Shown: positions 1 through 9,591 of the stretch, in pieces | Position numbering within the stretch: position 1 is the first letter of the stretch | Layout: every line of letters begins with the position of its first letter | Source of the DNA: an uncultured Chloroflexia bacterium | Lineage (GTDB): Bacteria; Chloroflexota; Anaerolineae; Anaerolineales; Anaerolineaceae | Assembly (NCBI GenBank): GCA_963702935.1 | Contig: OY969772.1 | Coordinates: forward strand, 2,588,615 to 2,652,614 | Direction of reading: 5' to 3' | DNA: 64,000 nt | Made by a program: the position numbers and the translations under genes | The notes under the pieces: model-generated | What the model was told of the DNA's origin: nothing | Databases searched by the model: none | The model's input: only the letters and a program-made list of their open reading frames with translations

Positions 1-1396
1 GCGGCAGCAGCCCCAGCGCCGCCACGCGCGCATCCTGGCCTTCGTAGAGAGCGCCCAACAGGGATCCATCCGCCAGGGAGCGCAGAGTGACCGCGGGCGG
101 GCGGCTGGCGGATTCCTCGATATCGATGAAGCGCCGGCAGGCGTGGTCGAGGACGATAGTGTGCATCCCCGCGCTGCGCGTGATGCGCTGCGGCTCTCCT
201 CCGGCCAGGGGAACCCGATAAAGGTGCTTTTCCAGGGGACTTTCGAGCGTTCCGGTGAAATAGACCATCCCCCGTTCTTCATCCACCCCGCAAAGCTCGT
301 CCACCATCCATTCGCCCTGGGTGAGCGGGCGGATCAGCTTGCCCTGGGCGTCGTACAGAACCAGGTGGCGAAAGCCGCTGCGCTCGGAGGCCCAGATGAA
401 TTCGCCGCGCTTGAGGGGCTTGAACAGGTCGTGCAGGTTGATCCACACCTGGCTGGTTTCGCGTACTAGCAGGGTGGATGCTCCGCTGCGCGGGTCGAAG
501 CGCAGCAGGTCGAGGCGGGTCTGCGCGCGGTTTTCTACCTGGGCGCACAGGCTGCCGTCGGGCATCCAGTCCACGCGCGCCAGGTAGGCGTCTTCCTCCG
601 GGCCCAGCTCCATCCAGATGGGCCGGCCGCCCTTCCTGGAGACGACTCCCAGCCGGACCCTGGCGTTGGCCTGCCCGGCGAAGGGGTAACGATGCGTTTC
701 GTGGATCGCCGGCCCGGTGGCTTCCTCTCCCTGGTGGACGATGGTGTACACGGGGATGCGCGTCTCGTCCACTTCGGTGAAGGCCAGCCATTGGCTGTCT
801 TCTGACCACCAGAAACCGTGATGGCGCCCCATCTCTTCCTGGGCGATGAACTCGGCCAGGCCGTGCGTCACCCCCGCGCGCCGCGCTCCGTGCGTGATCT
901 GGCGCGGCTTTCCGCCTGCGGCAGGCAGGAGGCACAGCTCGTCCTCCTGGACGTAGGCCACCCAGTTTCCATCCGGCGAGAGCTGCGGGTCCTGGAGGGG
1001 ACTTCCGTGGCTTTCCAGCACGCAACGCGCAGGGGCGCCGTCCTGGTCGATCACGTACAGGTCGCCGTTCAACGGCGCCAGCAAGCGCCCGGCATGTTTG
1101 GCCCAGGCGTAATCGACGACGCCTTCTTCGCGGCGGCGCAGGCGCTGGCGCAACAGGACTTCTTCCAAGGACTCGCTTTTTGCGGCCCGGTCGGCGGGCT
1201 GGAGCAGCGCCTGGCGGCGATCGAGCTGGGGATCATAGGCGAAGAGCTGGTTGGTCAGGCCGAGCTCGGGGCTGAACAGGTAGGTGATCAGCCGGTCGTC
1301 TGGGCTGAAGGCCAGCTTGCCGGGGATAGCCATCCCCGGCAACGGGAACCCGGCAACTTCCTCGACCGGGAGTTTGGATTGAGGTTGATTTGGCAT
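1..1396 (-). CDS. dipeptidyl-peptidase IV family (S9B) serine peptidase, N-terminal beta-propeller part; 3' end runs off the window
   Basis: Absent from the ORF track because it has no stop in the window. My minus-strand translation from ATG 1396..1394 reads MPNQPQSKLPVEEVAGFPLPG...LSPDGNWVAYVQEDELCLL...LAEFIAQEEMGRHHGFWWSEDSQWLAFTEVDETRIPVY...HRYPFAGQANARVRLGVV...WASERSGFRHLVLYD. These are typical DPPIV_N motifs. Listed ORFs 279..1025(-) and 818..1405(+) are Arg/Pro-rich shadow frames. Confidence 0.8.
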   Translation of the reverse strand, partial: MPNQPQSKLPVEEVAGFPLPGMAIPGKLAFSPDDRLITYLFSPELGLTNQLFAYDPQLDRRQALLQPADRAAKSESLEEVLLRQRLRRREEGVVDYAWAKHAGRLLAPLNGDLYVIDQDGAPARCVLESHGSPLQDPQLSPDGNWVAYVQEDELCLLPAAGGKPRQITHGARRAGVTHGLAEFIAQEEMGRHHGFWWSEDSQWLAFTEVDETRIPVYTIVHQGEEATGPAIHETHRYPFAGQANARVRLGVVSRKGGRPIWMELGPEEDAYLARVDWMPDGSLCAQVENRAQTRLDLLRFDPRSGASTLLVRETSQVWINLHDLFKPLKRGEFIWASERSGFRHLVLYDAQGKLIRPLTQGEWMVDELCGVDEERGMVYFTGTLESPLEKHLYRVPLAGGEPQRITRSAGMHTIVLDHACRRFIDIEESASRPPAVTLRSLADGSLLGALYEGQDARVAALGLLP

Positions 1397-1412
1397 GGGA
1401 GATAATTCTCGA

Positions 1413-2630
1413 TCAGACTGGGATGCTCTCGCGGCCCCTCTCTTTTTCCTCGATGCGCCGCGCGGCGGGGAGAAGGGTGAGGTAGAGGTTTTCATAATTA
1501 CGGACGGTATTCGCCAGGCTGTGGGGGCGCACGCGCGCCAGGCTGGCCTGCCCCATGGATTCCCACTCGGCGCGCCGCTCCAATAACAAGCCCATCTTGC
1601 GCGCGGCGTCGTCCACGTCGTTTGGCTTGAACAGGAAGCCGTTCACCCCATCGGCGACCAGCTCGGGCAGGGCGCGCGCATCGGCGGCCAGGATGGGCTT
1701 GGCCGTGGCCATGGCTTCCAGGGTGGCGATGCTCTGCAATTCTTCTGTGCTGGGCATGGCAAAGATGTCGGCGCTGTACAGCAGGTGCGGCAGGTCTGCC
1801 GGGGGAATGTAGCCGGTAAAGACCACCTGATTTTCCAGGCCGAGCTGTTTCGCCAGGGCCTTGAGCGGGGCGTCCATTTTCCCCTCCCCGCCGATGGCGA
1901 GCTGCACGTCCTGGCGCCCCAGCTTGTGCAGCGCGTGTAACAGGACGGGGATGCGCTTTTCACCGTCCAGGCGGCCCACGTAGATGAAAAGGGGCCGGTC
2001 GGGGTGCAGGCCAAACTTTTGCCTCACTGCGCTTCGCTCCACTTCAGGATAGGGGCGGAAGCGTTGAATGTCGACGCCGCAGGAGATGGCGTAGACGGGG
2101 AAATGGATGGGCTGTTGGCGAAGAATTTGCGCGGCCGTCTCAGTAGGAGTGGTCGCCACGTCTACGTGATTGTAGACTTCCAGCATATTGTTCCACAAGA
2201 GGCGAATGACCAGCTCGCGCTTGAGAGGGACGAAGTTTAGGTAGGGCAGCAGATTCTCCGGCAAGAAGTGGTTGGTGCCCACCAGCGGAATTTGTAGCCG
2301 CCGCGCCTCGCGCACGGCGGTGCGCGCTAAAGGATAATGATCCTGGATGTGAATCACGTCTGGCTGGAAGGTTTTTAACATGCGCTGCATTTGCCAGGCG
2401 AAAAGGGTGGTGACGCGCGCGTCGCGCTGCACCACGGGAATCTTTATCCCTGCGGCCTTCTGCACCAGCACGCCGTTGATGGTTGCCGGGTAGGTAGCAA
2501 ACCGGTCGGAAGGCACGATGGCCATGACTTCATTTCCGGACTGAGCCAGGCCCTCTGCCAGGCGAATCGAAAAAGCTGCCTGGCCGTTCGAGCCAGGATA
2601 ATAGGTTTGTCCAACGATGACAATGCGCAT
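1413..2630 (-). CDS. glycosyltransferase family 4 (GT-B fold)
   Basis: 405-aa ORF. N-terminus MRIVIVGQTYYPGSNGQAAFSIRLAEGL fits GT4. The C-terminal half has PSTEELQSIATLEAMATAKPILAADARALPELVADGVNGFLF, an E-x7-E-like donor-binding motif. Confidence 0.9.
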   Translation of the reverse strand: MRIVIVGQTYYPGSNGQAAFSIRLAEGLAQSGNEVMAIVPSDRFATYPATINGVLVQKAAGIKIPVVQRDARVTTLFAWQMQRMLKTFQPDVIHIQDHYPLARTAVREARRLQIPLVGTNHFLPENLLPYLNFVPLKRELVIRLLWNNMLEVYNHVDVATTPTETAAQILRQQPIHFPVYAISCGVDIQRFRPYPEVERSAVRQKFGLHPDRPLFIYVGRLDGEKRIPVLLHALHKLGRQDVQLAIGGEGKMDAPLKALAKQLGLENQVVFTGYIPPADLPHLLYSADIFAMPSTEELQSIATLEAMATAKPILAADARALPELVADGVNGFLFKPNDVDDAARKMGLLLERRAEWESMGQASLARVRPHSLANTVRNYENLYLTLLPAARRIEEKERGRESIPV

Positions 2631-2667
2631 AAGCTTCTATTCACCTTGTGAGCGAATTTGGTGGACT

Positions 2668-3234
2668 TTATTCCCCCATATCGGTGGAACGTTCCTGGCG
2701 ATGGGTGACGATGCGGATCATCAAAAGCATGAAGACCACGGTGCCCACTAAAGCCACGATCTGGAGTCCCGCTTCCAGGTCCTTGATGTATCCGCCCAGG
2801 TGGTAGCCGACCAGAACCAGGGTGCCCGTCCAGATGCACTCTCCCAGGAACAACACACCGAACCAGCGGCGCCACGGCACGCGCGCCAGTCCTGTTGCGA
2901 CCAGAACAGGGATGATGAATCCCAAAGTCAGCTTGGCTATGAAAAGTATCTTCAGGTTGTGTTTCTGGATGTTGTGCTCCAGCGCCAGGACTTGCTCGCG
3001 CCGCACGCCGACCCAGCGGCCATAGCGGGTCAGCCATTCGAGCTTGCCAAGATAGCCCAGGGTGTACCAGAGGATATCGGCGGTCAGATTTCCTAAACCG
3101 GCGGCCAGGAATACCAGGTACGGGTTGAAGTAGCCGGCAGAGGCTCCTACTGCGGCCAGCAGGGTTGCGATCGGACCTTCGATCATGACGACGGCTGCCA
3201 AAGCAAAATAGGTCCAATCGCTCAAGGGATGCAC
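2668..3234 (-). CDS. DedA/VTT-domain membrane protein
   Basis: 188-aa polytopic ORF with GTG start. Motif EGPIATLLAAVGASAGYFNPYLVFLAAGLGNLTADILWYTLGY is typical of the DedA/SNARE-associated family. Confidence 0.8.
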   Translation of the reverse strand: MHPLSDWTYFALAAVVMIEGPIATLLAAVGASAGYFNPYLVFLAAGLGNLTADILWYTLGYLGKLEWLTRYGRWVGVRREQVLALEHNIQKHNLKILFIAKLTLGFIIPVLVATGLARVPWRRWFGVLFLGECIWTGTLVLVGYHLGGYIKDLEAGLQIVALVGTVVFMLLMIRIVTHRQERSTDMGE

Positions 3235-3377
3235 GATGCTGTAGTAAAGAAGTCATGCGCCTATTATACCAGCACCCTCAGACGAAATTTACGTGGCTCG
3301 AGCAACGCTAACGTCGCTGAATTCAATATAGCTCATTTTGGGGAAAAGTCAACGGATTTAGAATCCCTATTGAATCC

Positions 3378-4340
3378 TTGGGCCAAATCGAGTATTTTAT
3401 GGGAGTGGAAAACGACGACGGCTCATCTCCTCAAAGCGAGCCTGCCAGGATCTTTCTGGTTCTCAACCCGGTAGCAGGCTATACCCTGGTGCGCTTCAGC
3501 CGGCAGAAAATCGAGCGCCACTTTGCCTCGGCCGGCTGGGACATCCGTATCTATGAGACCACCGGCCATGAGCGCCTGAAAGATGTGGTTTGTGAAGCCC
3601 TGGATCAAGGTTATCGCATCCTGGCGGCTGCGGGCGGGGACGGCACGATCTCAGCCGTGGCCAGCGCTTTGGTGAACACTTCCATCCCCCTGGCCATCCT
3701 TCCCCTGGGCACCGGGAATATCCTGGCGCGTGAATTGGGCATCCCCTTGAACTTCGATCGGGCCCTGCGGCTGATCACGGGCGCGCATAGCGTGCATGCC
3801 GTGGATGGGATGCAGGTGGGGAGCGGATTTTACCTGGCGAACGTGGGGGTGGGCTTTAGCTCGTTGAGCATCCGCAACACGCTGCGCCAGCAGAAGCGCG
3901 TTTTGGGCCTGTCGGCTTACCTCTGGAACATCTTCTTGCAGTTGGCCGGCCTGCGCATCGACCGCTTTTCCCTGGTGGTGGACGGGCGCCCTATGAAAGT
4001 GCGCGCGTCTGAGGTGTTCGTCGCCAACGCCAGTGTGCTGGGGTTGCAGCCTTTTAGCCCGCAGGCCATCATCCGCCCGGACGATGGCCTGCTAAATTTG
4101 TGTATCTTACGCACGCGCACGGCTTTGGACTTCATGCGGGTGGCCTGGACGGTGCTGGCCGTCCGGCAAGATCCCCGCCCGGAATTCGTGAGCATGAAAG
4201 TGCAGCAAAAGGTGAGCATCCGCACGCGCCATCCCCAACTGGTCGAAGCGGACGGCGAGATCATCGGCAAGACACCCCTGGAGGTCACCCTGTTGCCCGG
4301 CGCGGTGCAGGTGATCGTTCCGGATCGTTCAGGCGGCTGA
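3378..4340 (+). CDS. diacylglycerol/lipid kinase family protein (YegS/DagK-like)
   Basis: LVLNPVAGY, AAGGDGTISAVASAL and LAILPLGTGNILAREL are the DAGK catalytic-domain motifs. The start is uncertain: TTG 3378 or ATG 3399. Confidence 0.85.
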   Translation: MGQIEYFMGVENDDGSSPQSEPARIFLVLNPVAGYTLVRFSRQKIERHFASAGWDIRIYETTGHERLKDVVCEALDQGYRILAAAGGDGTISAVASALVNTSIPLAILPLGTGNILARELGIPLNFDRALRLITGAHSVHAVDGMQVGSGFYLANVGVGFSSLSIRNTLRQQKRVLGLSAYLWNIFLQLAGLRIDRFSLVVDGRPMKVRASEVFVANASVLGLQPFSPQAIIRPDDGLLNLCILRTRTALDFMRVAWTVLAVRQDPRPEFVSMKVQQKVSIRTRHPQLVEADGEIIGKTPLEVTLLPGAVQVIVPDRSGG

Positions 4341-4342
4341 GC

Positions 4343-5386
4343 TCAGGGCAGCACGGTCCAGGGGTTGATGAACCCACCCATGAAACGAACTTCAAAGTGC
4401 AGGTGCGGGCCGGTGGAATTGCCGGTGCTGCCCGCCAGGCCGATCAGTTGGCCCTGGGTAACGCTTTGCCCGCAGCGCGCGATGACCTGGCTGAGGTGGG
4501 CGTAAAGGGTCTGGTAGCCGTTGCCGTGGTCGATCATGACCATGTTGCCGTAGCCGCCGGAGATCGCGCCAGCGTAGATCACCACGCCGCTGTCGGCCGC
4601 CGAAACGTGGTCGCCCAGCCCGGCAGCGATGTCGATGCCCAGGTGGCCGGACCAGAAGTCATTGCCCGAGAGCACGTGCTGAGGGGTTGGCCAGATAAAG
4701 GTGCCCGTGCCGTAACCGACGGAGCTTACCTGGCAACCGCCAGGCCCCAAGATATTGGTGATAACTCCGGCCTTCCCGCTGGCTATGATGGGCACCACCC
4801 ACTGCACCAGCGCACGGCTTCCACCGGGAATCATGATGTACGTTCCCGGTGTGACCACCGGGTTGCCCATGTCCAGGTGGTTCCCCGGCCAGGCGAGGAT
4901 GTCGTAGGGGTTGGCGTTGTAAGCAGCCGCGACGCTATCGACCGTGTCGCCGTTCTTCCACTGGTAGAGGATGCCGTCCACCGGCGGGATTTTCAACACG
5001 TCCCCGGGGGAAATCGATTCGGGGTTGTCTTTGAGCAGGCTGTAATTCGCCCATAAGACCGTCTCGGGGTGGAGGTTGAAATACTTGGCAATCCCGAAGA
5101 TCGAGTCGCCGCTGGAGATAGTGTAATCTTCCACCGTCTCGCGGGGATGGGTAGATTGGTTGGTGTGGATATTGGCCAGGCGAACGACCCCGGTGATCGA
5201 TGGGTCCGATGAAAAAGAGGGTAAATCCAATCCCAATCCGGCTTGCGGAGAGGGGGTGATGTCTGCATTCGCGGAATGAGAGAAGCCAGGCGACCCAATA
5301 ACCAGGGAAATAGCCAGGATGGCAATCACGATAACGCCGCCCAAAATCAAGCGGGGAGATCTACCTGAGAGATTTATTTTCGACAT
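4343..5386 (-). CDS. LysM domain-containing M23 family metallopeptidase
   Basis: N-terminal TM segment. LysM-like YTISSGDSIFGIAKYFNLHPETVLWANY. M23 motifs HLGIDIAAGLGDHV and GSTGNSTGPHLHFEV. Confidence 0.9.
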   Translation of the reverse strand: MSKINLSGRSPRLILGGVIVIAILAISLVIGSPGFSHSANADITPSPQAGLGLDLPSFSSDPSITGVVRLANIHTNQSTHPRETVEDYTISSGDSIFGIAKYFNLHPETVLWANYSLLKDNPESISPGDVLKIPPVDGILYQWKNGDTVDSVAAAYNANPYDILAWPGNHLDMGNPVVTPGTYIMIPGGSRALVQWVVPIIASGKAGVITNILGPGGCQVSSVGYGTGTFIWPTPQHVLSGNDFWSGHLGIDIAAGLGDHVSAADSGVVIYAGAISGGYGNMVMIDHGNGYQTLYAHLSQVIARCGQSVTQGQLIGLAGSTGNSTGPHLHFEVRFMGGFINPWTVLP

Positions 5387-5452
5387 AGCTCTTCCACTTC
5401 AACGCAATTTTAGCACGCATTGGGGAATCATGGAAGCCGGGTAAAAGTGCAC

Positions 5453-6028
5453 TTAATACCCGTACCGGTCGACGAATTTCTCGACCGGCATCCAGATTTC
5501 GGCCCGCCAGAGGGAGAGCAGGCTGCGCTGGCGCATACTGCCGGGGTTGTAGGCTTCCAACAGCCACCAGGAATACAGGTTTTCCCAAAATTCACCGAAG
5601 CGTCCCAACGGGCGGTGGTAGGGGACGACCACGAATCCAAGGCGCTCTATCCAGCGTACACCGCTGCTCCGCCCGTGGGGAGAGAAAAGAGCCGATACGC
5701 CGCCAACGGCCCGGGCGCCTGCCAGGCGGGGGTCGCGCCCGCATCGCCGGGCCAGACTCCCCAGGGAATTGATGAACAGGCGCGAGGTACGATTAGCCCA
5801 GCCCAGGCCGGAGTCTTCGGGCGGCATGGGAGGCAGATGCTCATTCCAGAGGTGTAGCAGCAGTACCGGTTGCCCGGCTTCCACGAGCGTACAGTCCGGA
5901 AACTCCAGGCGATGAGGAGCTTGAGACACCTGGACGTGCAGGATGCAGTCTGGGCTTTCGTCGAACGCAAAGATGCCGTACTGTTTCGACAGCCAGTGAT
6001 CGAAAGTGCGCACGATAGCCGGGAACAC
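5453..6028 (-). CDS. hypothetical protein (possibly YkoP-like domain)
   Basis: Non-shadow composition, e.g. LLLHLWNEHLPPMPPEDSGLGWANRTSRLFINSLGSLA. The likely GTG start at 6028 shares one base with the TAG of the upstream gene (TAGTG). The family assignment is from memory only. Confidence 0.5.
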   Translation of the reverse strand: MFPAIVRTFDHWLSKQYGIFAFDESPDCILHVQVSQAPHRLEFPDCTLVEAGQPVLLLHLWNEHLPPMPPEDSGLGWANRTSRLFINSLGSLARRCGRDPRLAGARAVGGVSALFSPHGRSSGVRWIERLGFVVVPYHRPLGRFGEFWENLYSWWLLEAYNPGSMRQRSLLSLWRAEIWMPVEKFVDRYGY

Positions 6029-6411
6029 TAGCGCCCCCCGATCAGGATGATGCCCAGGACGATGAAGATGGTGCCCCACCACTGCGGCGTGGTGATGCGC
6101 TCGCCGAAAAGGAAGCCCGAAGCTACCACCTGCATGCCGATCACGGCCAGACCCGTGGTGAGCGGAAAGGCCACGTGGAGGGGGATAAAGCGTAATAGCC
6201 AGGTGAGGGTGATTACAGTCACCAGGCCTGCCAGGTTCCCAATTACCTGCCAGATCAGAAAGGTGCGAAAGGTGGGGCTGTCTGCTGAGACTTTAAAGCT
6301 GGCGTTGGCAATAATGTTGAAAAGAAAATTCCCTGCGATCAGAACCAGCACGAGGATGATATTTGGAACAGAAGAAGAATTAACATTCGTGCGGTCCAAA
6401 ATGTGAAACAT
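6028..6411 (-). CDS. small 4-TM DMT-superfamily membrane protein (SMR/EamA/ArnE-like)
   Basis: 127 aa with four hydrophobic helices. ATG 6411 lies 7 nt after AAGGAGG; the track's GTG 6417 is too close to the SD. No TM1 Glu typical of SMR drug exporters. Confidence 0.6.
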   Translation of the reverse strand: MFHILDRTNVNSSSVPNIILVLVLIAGNFLFNIIANASFKVSADSPTFRTFLIWQVIGNLAGLVTVITLTWLLRFIPLHVAFPLTTGLAVIGMQVVASGFLFGERITTPQWWGTIFIVLGIILIGGR

Positions 6412-6825
6412 GGACACACCTCCTTATGGATTGTTAAAGTTCCCTACCGCACGTAGAACCGGTGGGCAGCCTGGAGGCGGGGTGGAGGCAAGGATGGATG
6501 AAAGAAGAAGGGAGGCTTTGGAGTGCGTCCGCCGGGCCAATCGACCTGGAAAATAAAAGGGCCCGCAGGACAACGTGCACGAAGGATTTCCCGCCGCGAT
6601 GCTGCCGGAAGGTGAGATGCAGTAGCTTTGCTTAAATTATCGCTCGAATGGCCGCGTGGTTCAACGGGGAATTCCCCTTATCTTCTGCGGCTGTCTTCTC
6701 CTTCCTGTTTCCGGCATTCAGGAGCCTGGAGTAGTCCGGGGCCAATGAATTCGGACTATAATAGTGCTATTATGCAGCCAGCACCGAAACCAGGGTTGCC
6801 GGGTTAAATGATTGAGGTGAGTGGA

Positions 6826-7605
6826 ATGGCTTGGACGGGTAAAGTGGCAGTCATCACGGGGGCTTCCAGCGGCATAGGGAAAGCAACGGCCCTGGCCCTG
6901 GCGCACTCGGGAGCGCGCGGAGTCGCGCTGGGGGCGCGCCGGGCCGACGCCCTGGAAGCGGTGCAGCGCGAGGCGCTGGCGGCCGGGTGCGAAGCCTTGG
7001 CCGTGCCCACCGACGTTTCCAGCCGGGAGCAGGCGCGGAATCTGGTGAGCCAGGCCCTGGCGCAGTGGGGGCAGATCGACCTTCTGGTGGCGAGCGCGGG
7101 CCAATACATTCGCGCGCCCATCGCCGCTATGGATTTCGAAGATCTGCGCTGCTCGATGGAAGTTAATTTCTACGGGGCGGTGCACGTCGTGCAGGCGGCC
7201 TTGCCGCACATGCTGGCCAGGCGTTCCGGCCACATCGTGCTGGTCTCCAGTATGGATGGGCGGAAAGGGCTGCCCCCGGATGCTCCCTACGTGGCGGCCA
7301 AGTTCGCTTTGACCGGATTCGGCGAGGTGCTGCGCCAGGAGCTGCGCCACACCGGGGTCTCCCTCTCCATGGTTTACCCCGGCCGGGTGGATACCCCCAT
7401 GGTCGAGCATCTGGAGTTCTCCTGGATATCGCCCAAGGTCCCCCCGGAAGCCGTGGCGCGCGCGATCTTGAAAGCCGTGGAACGCCGCCAGGCGCAGGTG
7501 ATCCTGCCGGCGCGGGCCAGGCTTCTGGTTGCGTTAAATTTTTTCTTTCCCAGCCTGGCAGATTGGGCCGTACGCTTATTCCATCTGGAAGGCAAGCAAA
7601 CCTAG
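6826..7605 (+). CDS. SDR family oxidoreductase
   Basis: GKVAVITGASSGIGKA Rossmann motif and YVAAKFAL active-site YxxxK. ATG 6826 follows GAGGTG. The track ORF begins at 6808. Confidence 0.9.
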   Translation: MAWTGKVAVITGASSGIGKATALALAHSGARGVALGARRADALEAVQREALAAGCEALAVPTDVSSREQARNLVSQALAQWGQIDLLVASAGQYIRAPIAAMDFEDLRCSMEVNFYGAVHVVQAALPHMLARRSGHIVLVSSMDGRKGLPPDAPYVAAKFALTGFGEVLRQELRHTGVSLSMVYPGRVDTPMVEHLEFSWISPKVPPEAVARAILKAVERRQAQVILPARARLLVALNFFFPSLADWAVRLFHLEGKQT

Positions 7606-7621
7606 GAGGTTGGTTTTTAAA

Positions 7622-9100
7622 ATGGAACTTAGCTCTCCTCAGCCAATGCATCCCAGGCATGTGCACGCCTGGCTGCGCAAGCTGCGCGTAGCTTATGCGC
7701 CGGATGAAGTTTCACCGTTTATGGAAGAGTTCGTCAGCGAGCTGCTGGATTCCTTCGCGCACGAGGGCCATACCGTGCTCCAGCGCCCGGAAGGGGTCAC
7801 GGACGTGCTCCTGACCACGGCCACCTTCGGGCAGCCGGTCAACTGGCATGAGGCCGTCCTCTTTACGGCGCGCCGGCGTTTTGGCCTGGCCAATAAGCCG
7901 GTCGTGTTTACCCTGGTGCAGGTCACGCTGCGAGAGTTCGAGCGCCTCCTGGCTCATTTCAACCGGGCGCTGGAGAAAGAAAAACCTGATCCGCAGGATT
8001 ACGCTTTCCCCGGGCTGGCCCCCAGGGCCTACCACACCCTTCACGAGCAGGGCCGGCGTGGTGGGGCCCTCATGGCCGTGGTGCGCCTGCTGCAATCGCA
8101 GACCTTGAGCGCGCGGGTAGTCCTGGTGGTGGGCGAGGAGCACCCGCGGAGCGCCTATACTTTCGACCTGGTCGGAGCGCACCCGCGCACCGACGGCTCA
8201 GACCTGCCGGACTTCTATCGCGACCTGGTGCTGCGCATCGCAACCGCAGCCAGCACGCACGAGATTACCGACCACGAGGTGATCGGCGCTCCCATCCCGG
8301 CGGCCGTGTGGAAGAAGCTGGGCACGCCCGAAGCCATGTGCCGCGCCAGCCGCGAGCTGGGCGAGAGGGAATTTTTCACCGAGATGGTCAGCGTGGCCAA
8401 CCTGGTCAGCGTGCCGCTGCTGGATAGCGCCGTCTCCAGCCAATATAGTGAAGGCTGTTTCGCCACCTGGGAGCCGGCCCTGGGCGGGCTGATCGCTACG
8501 ATCACGGGCAGCGCCCGCCCGGTGGAGAAGGACCGCTTGAGCGACGACGAGCTGGCCGTGATCGTGGGCGTGCGCTCGCACGGAGACGGCGTGCAGGTGC
8601 GCCATGTAGAGGGCAAGCGCAACGACCCGCCTTCGTCAGAAGCGGTCGAGATGATGCAGATCGACCTGGGATTGCCCCATCCCCGCCTGGGTGCGGAATG
8701 GGGCTTCGCACAGGAGGCGCCGGTGGTGCGCTCCAAGCTCCACGGCCACCGTGGGGTGCGCGCTTACGATCCCCAGCGGGTGGAGCACCTGCCTCTGGGC
8801 GCTGCTTACTACGATTACCCGGTGTCCTGTTCGACCGAAGCCCAGGCGAGCGCCATCTGCGCGGCTTTTGCGCGTTCTCAGGCGCTGAAGGATCCCCAGG
8901 ATGCGCGCCAGGTGGTGTTCACCGTGCTGCCGGGGCACGGCGTGGTGATCGCCGAGAAATGGGTGCCGGGCAAGGTGCCCTTCCAGGTGATTTGGGAAGC
9001 TATGGATAGCGGGATCTTGCAGATCGACAACCACGTTCCGCAGGGGCCGCTGGAATACCTGCCCACCGGGAACGGACGCGTGAAGCTGCACGAATATTAG
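7622..9100 (+). CDS. conserved-looking hypothetical protein, no recognisable domain
   Basis: About 492 aa with balanced composition. It starts 17 nt after the SDR stop, and the AGGAGG at 7604..7609 overlaps that stop. I recognise no motif. Confidence 0.6.
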   Translation: MELSSPQPMHPRHVHAWLRKLRVAYAPDEVSPFMEEFVSELLDSFAHEGHTVLQRPEGVTDVLLTTATFGQPVNWHEAVLFTARRRFGLANKPVVFTLVQVTLREFERLLAHFNRALEKEKPDPQDYAFPGLAPRAYHTLHEQGRRGGALMAVVRLLQSQTLSARVVLVVGEEHPRSAYTFDLVGAHPRTDGSDLPDFYRDLVLRIATAASTHEITDHEVIGAPIPAAVWKKLGTPEAMCRASRELGEREFFTEMVSVANLVSVPLLDSAVSSQYSEGCFATWEPALGGLIATITGSARPVEKDRLSDDELAVIVGVRSHGDGVQVRHVEGKRNDPPSSEAVEMMQIDLGLPHPRLGAEWGFAQEAPVVRSKLHGHRGVRAYDPQRVEHLPLGAAYYDYPVSCSTEAQASAICAAFARSQALKDPQDARQVVFTVLPGHGVVIAEKWVPGKVPFQVIWEAMDSGILQIDNHVPQGPLEYLPTGNGRVKLHEY

Positions 9101-9115
9101 CCCCCGTCGCGGGAA

Positions 9116-9337
9116 TCACTCTGCGCGCTTGCGGCGCAGGTAAAAGCTCCCGATCAGCACCAGGCCAATCCCGCTCACGCTGCGAATGGCCATAGAAAGG
9201 GCGCCTGTCGTCGGGTCGTTGTCCAGCAGCGGGATCCCGTGCACATACGTGGACGCAAACAGCAGGACGCCGACGATCGTCAGGCCGATCCCCACGTATT
9301 TGAGGCGTTTCCGTCCCTGATTCTCCTCATAATCCAT
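9116..9337 (-). CDS. small membrane protein (2 TM), hypothetical
   Basis: MDYEENQGRKRLKYVGIGLTIVGVLLF...IGLVLIGSFYLRRKRAE: two hydrophobic helices with basic flanks. Start taken at ATG 9337. Confidence 0.45.
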   Translation of the reverse strand: MDYEENQGRKRLKYVGIGLTIVGVLLFASTYVHGIPLLDNDPTTGALSMAIRSVSGIGLVLIGSFYLRRKRAE

Positions 9338-9437
9338 GATCCAGGCTCTCCAATCTGTGCGGGCTAAGGTTGGATATTGTGAAGCGCAGCCCAATCATAA
9401 CCCGGAATCGCCGGCCGGGCAACGCGGGAAGCCGAGG

Positions 9438-9580
9438 GTGTTTGCACGCACGAGTTGTCAGGCAGCAGTTGGAAACTGCACCTACAAACTGCACGAAGCC
9501 AGCCTGCGCTGGCTAAAAGCCAGTCGGAGCAGGCCGACTTCGTGTACTTCGTTGCAGCGATTTCAATCGCCTGAAAACGG
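9438..9580. mobile_element. MITE-like structured repeat, copy A (left inverted repeat present, right one missing)
   Basis: About 95 percent identical by eye to 38679..38816. It begins with gtgtttgcacgcacgagttgtcag and ends 11 nt before the ABC-F stop codon. gggtgtttgc occurs at both borders (9436..9445 and 9580..9589). Confidence 0.7.
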
Positions 9581-9591
9581 GGGTGTTTGCC

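Noticed and set aside
279-1405. Track ORFs 279..1025(-), 478..780(+) and 818..1405(+) as genes
   Set aside because: Arg/Pro/Gly-rich shadow frames typical of GC-rich DNA. The minus-strand frame ending at ATG 1396 gives a clean DPP-IV-type sequence across the whole region.
6412-6807. Guanidine (ykkC, mini-ykkC, ykkC-III) riboswitch upstream of the small SMR-like membrane protein gene
   Set aside because: I read the minus-strand leader and found no ACGR-loop hairpin pair or the GGGA/ACGR conserved blocks. The protein also lacks the TM1 Glu of Gdx/SMR exporters.
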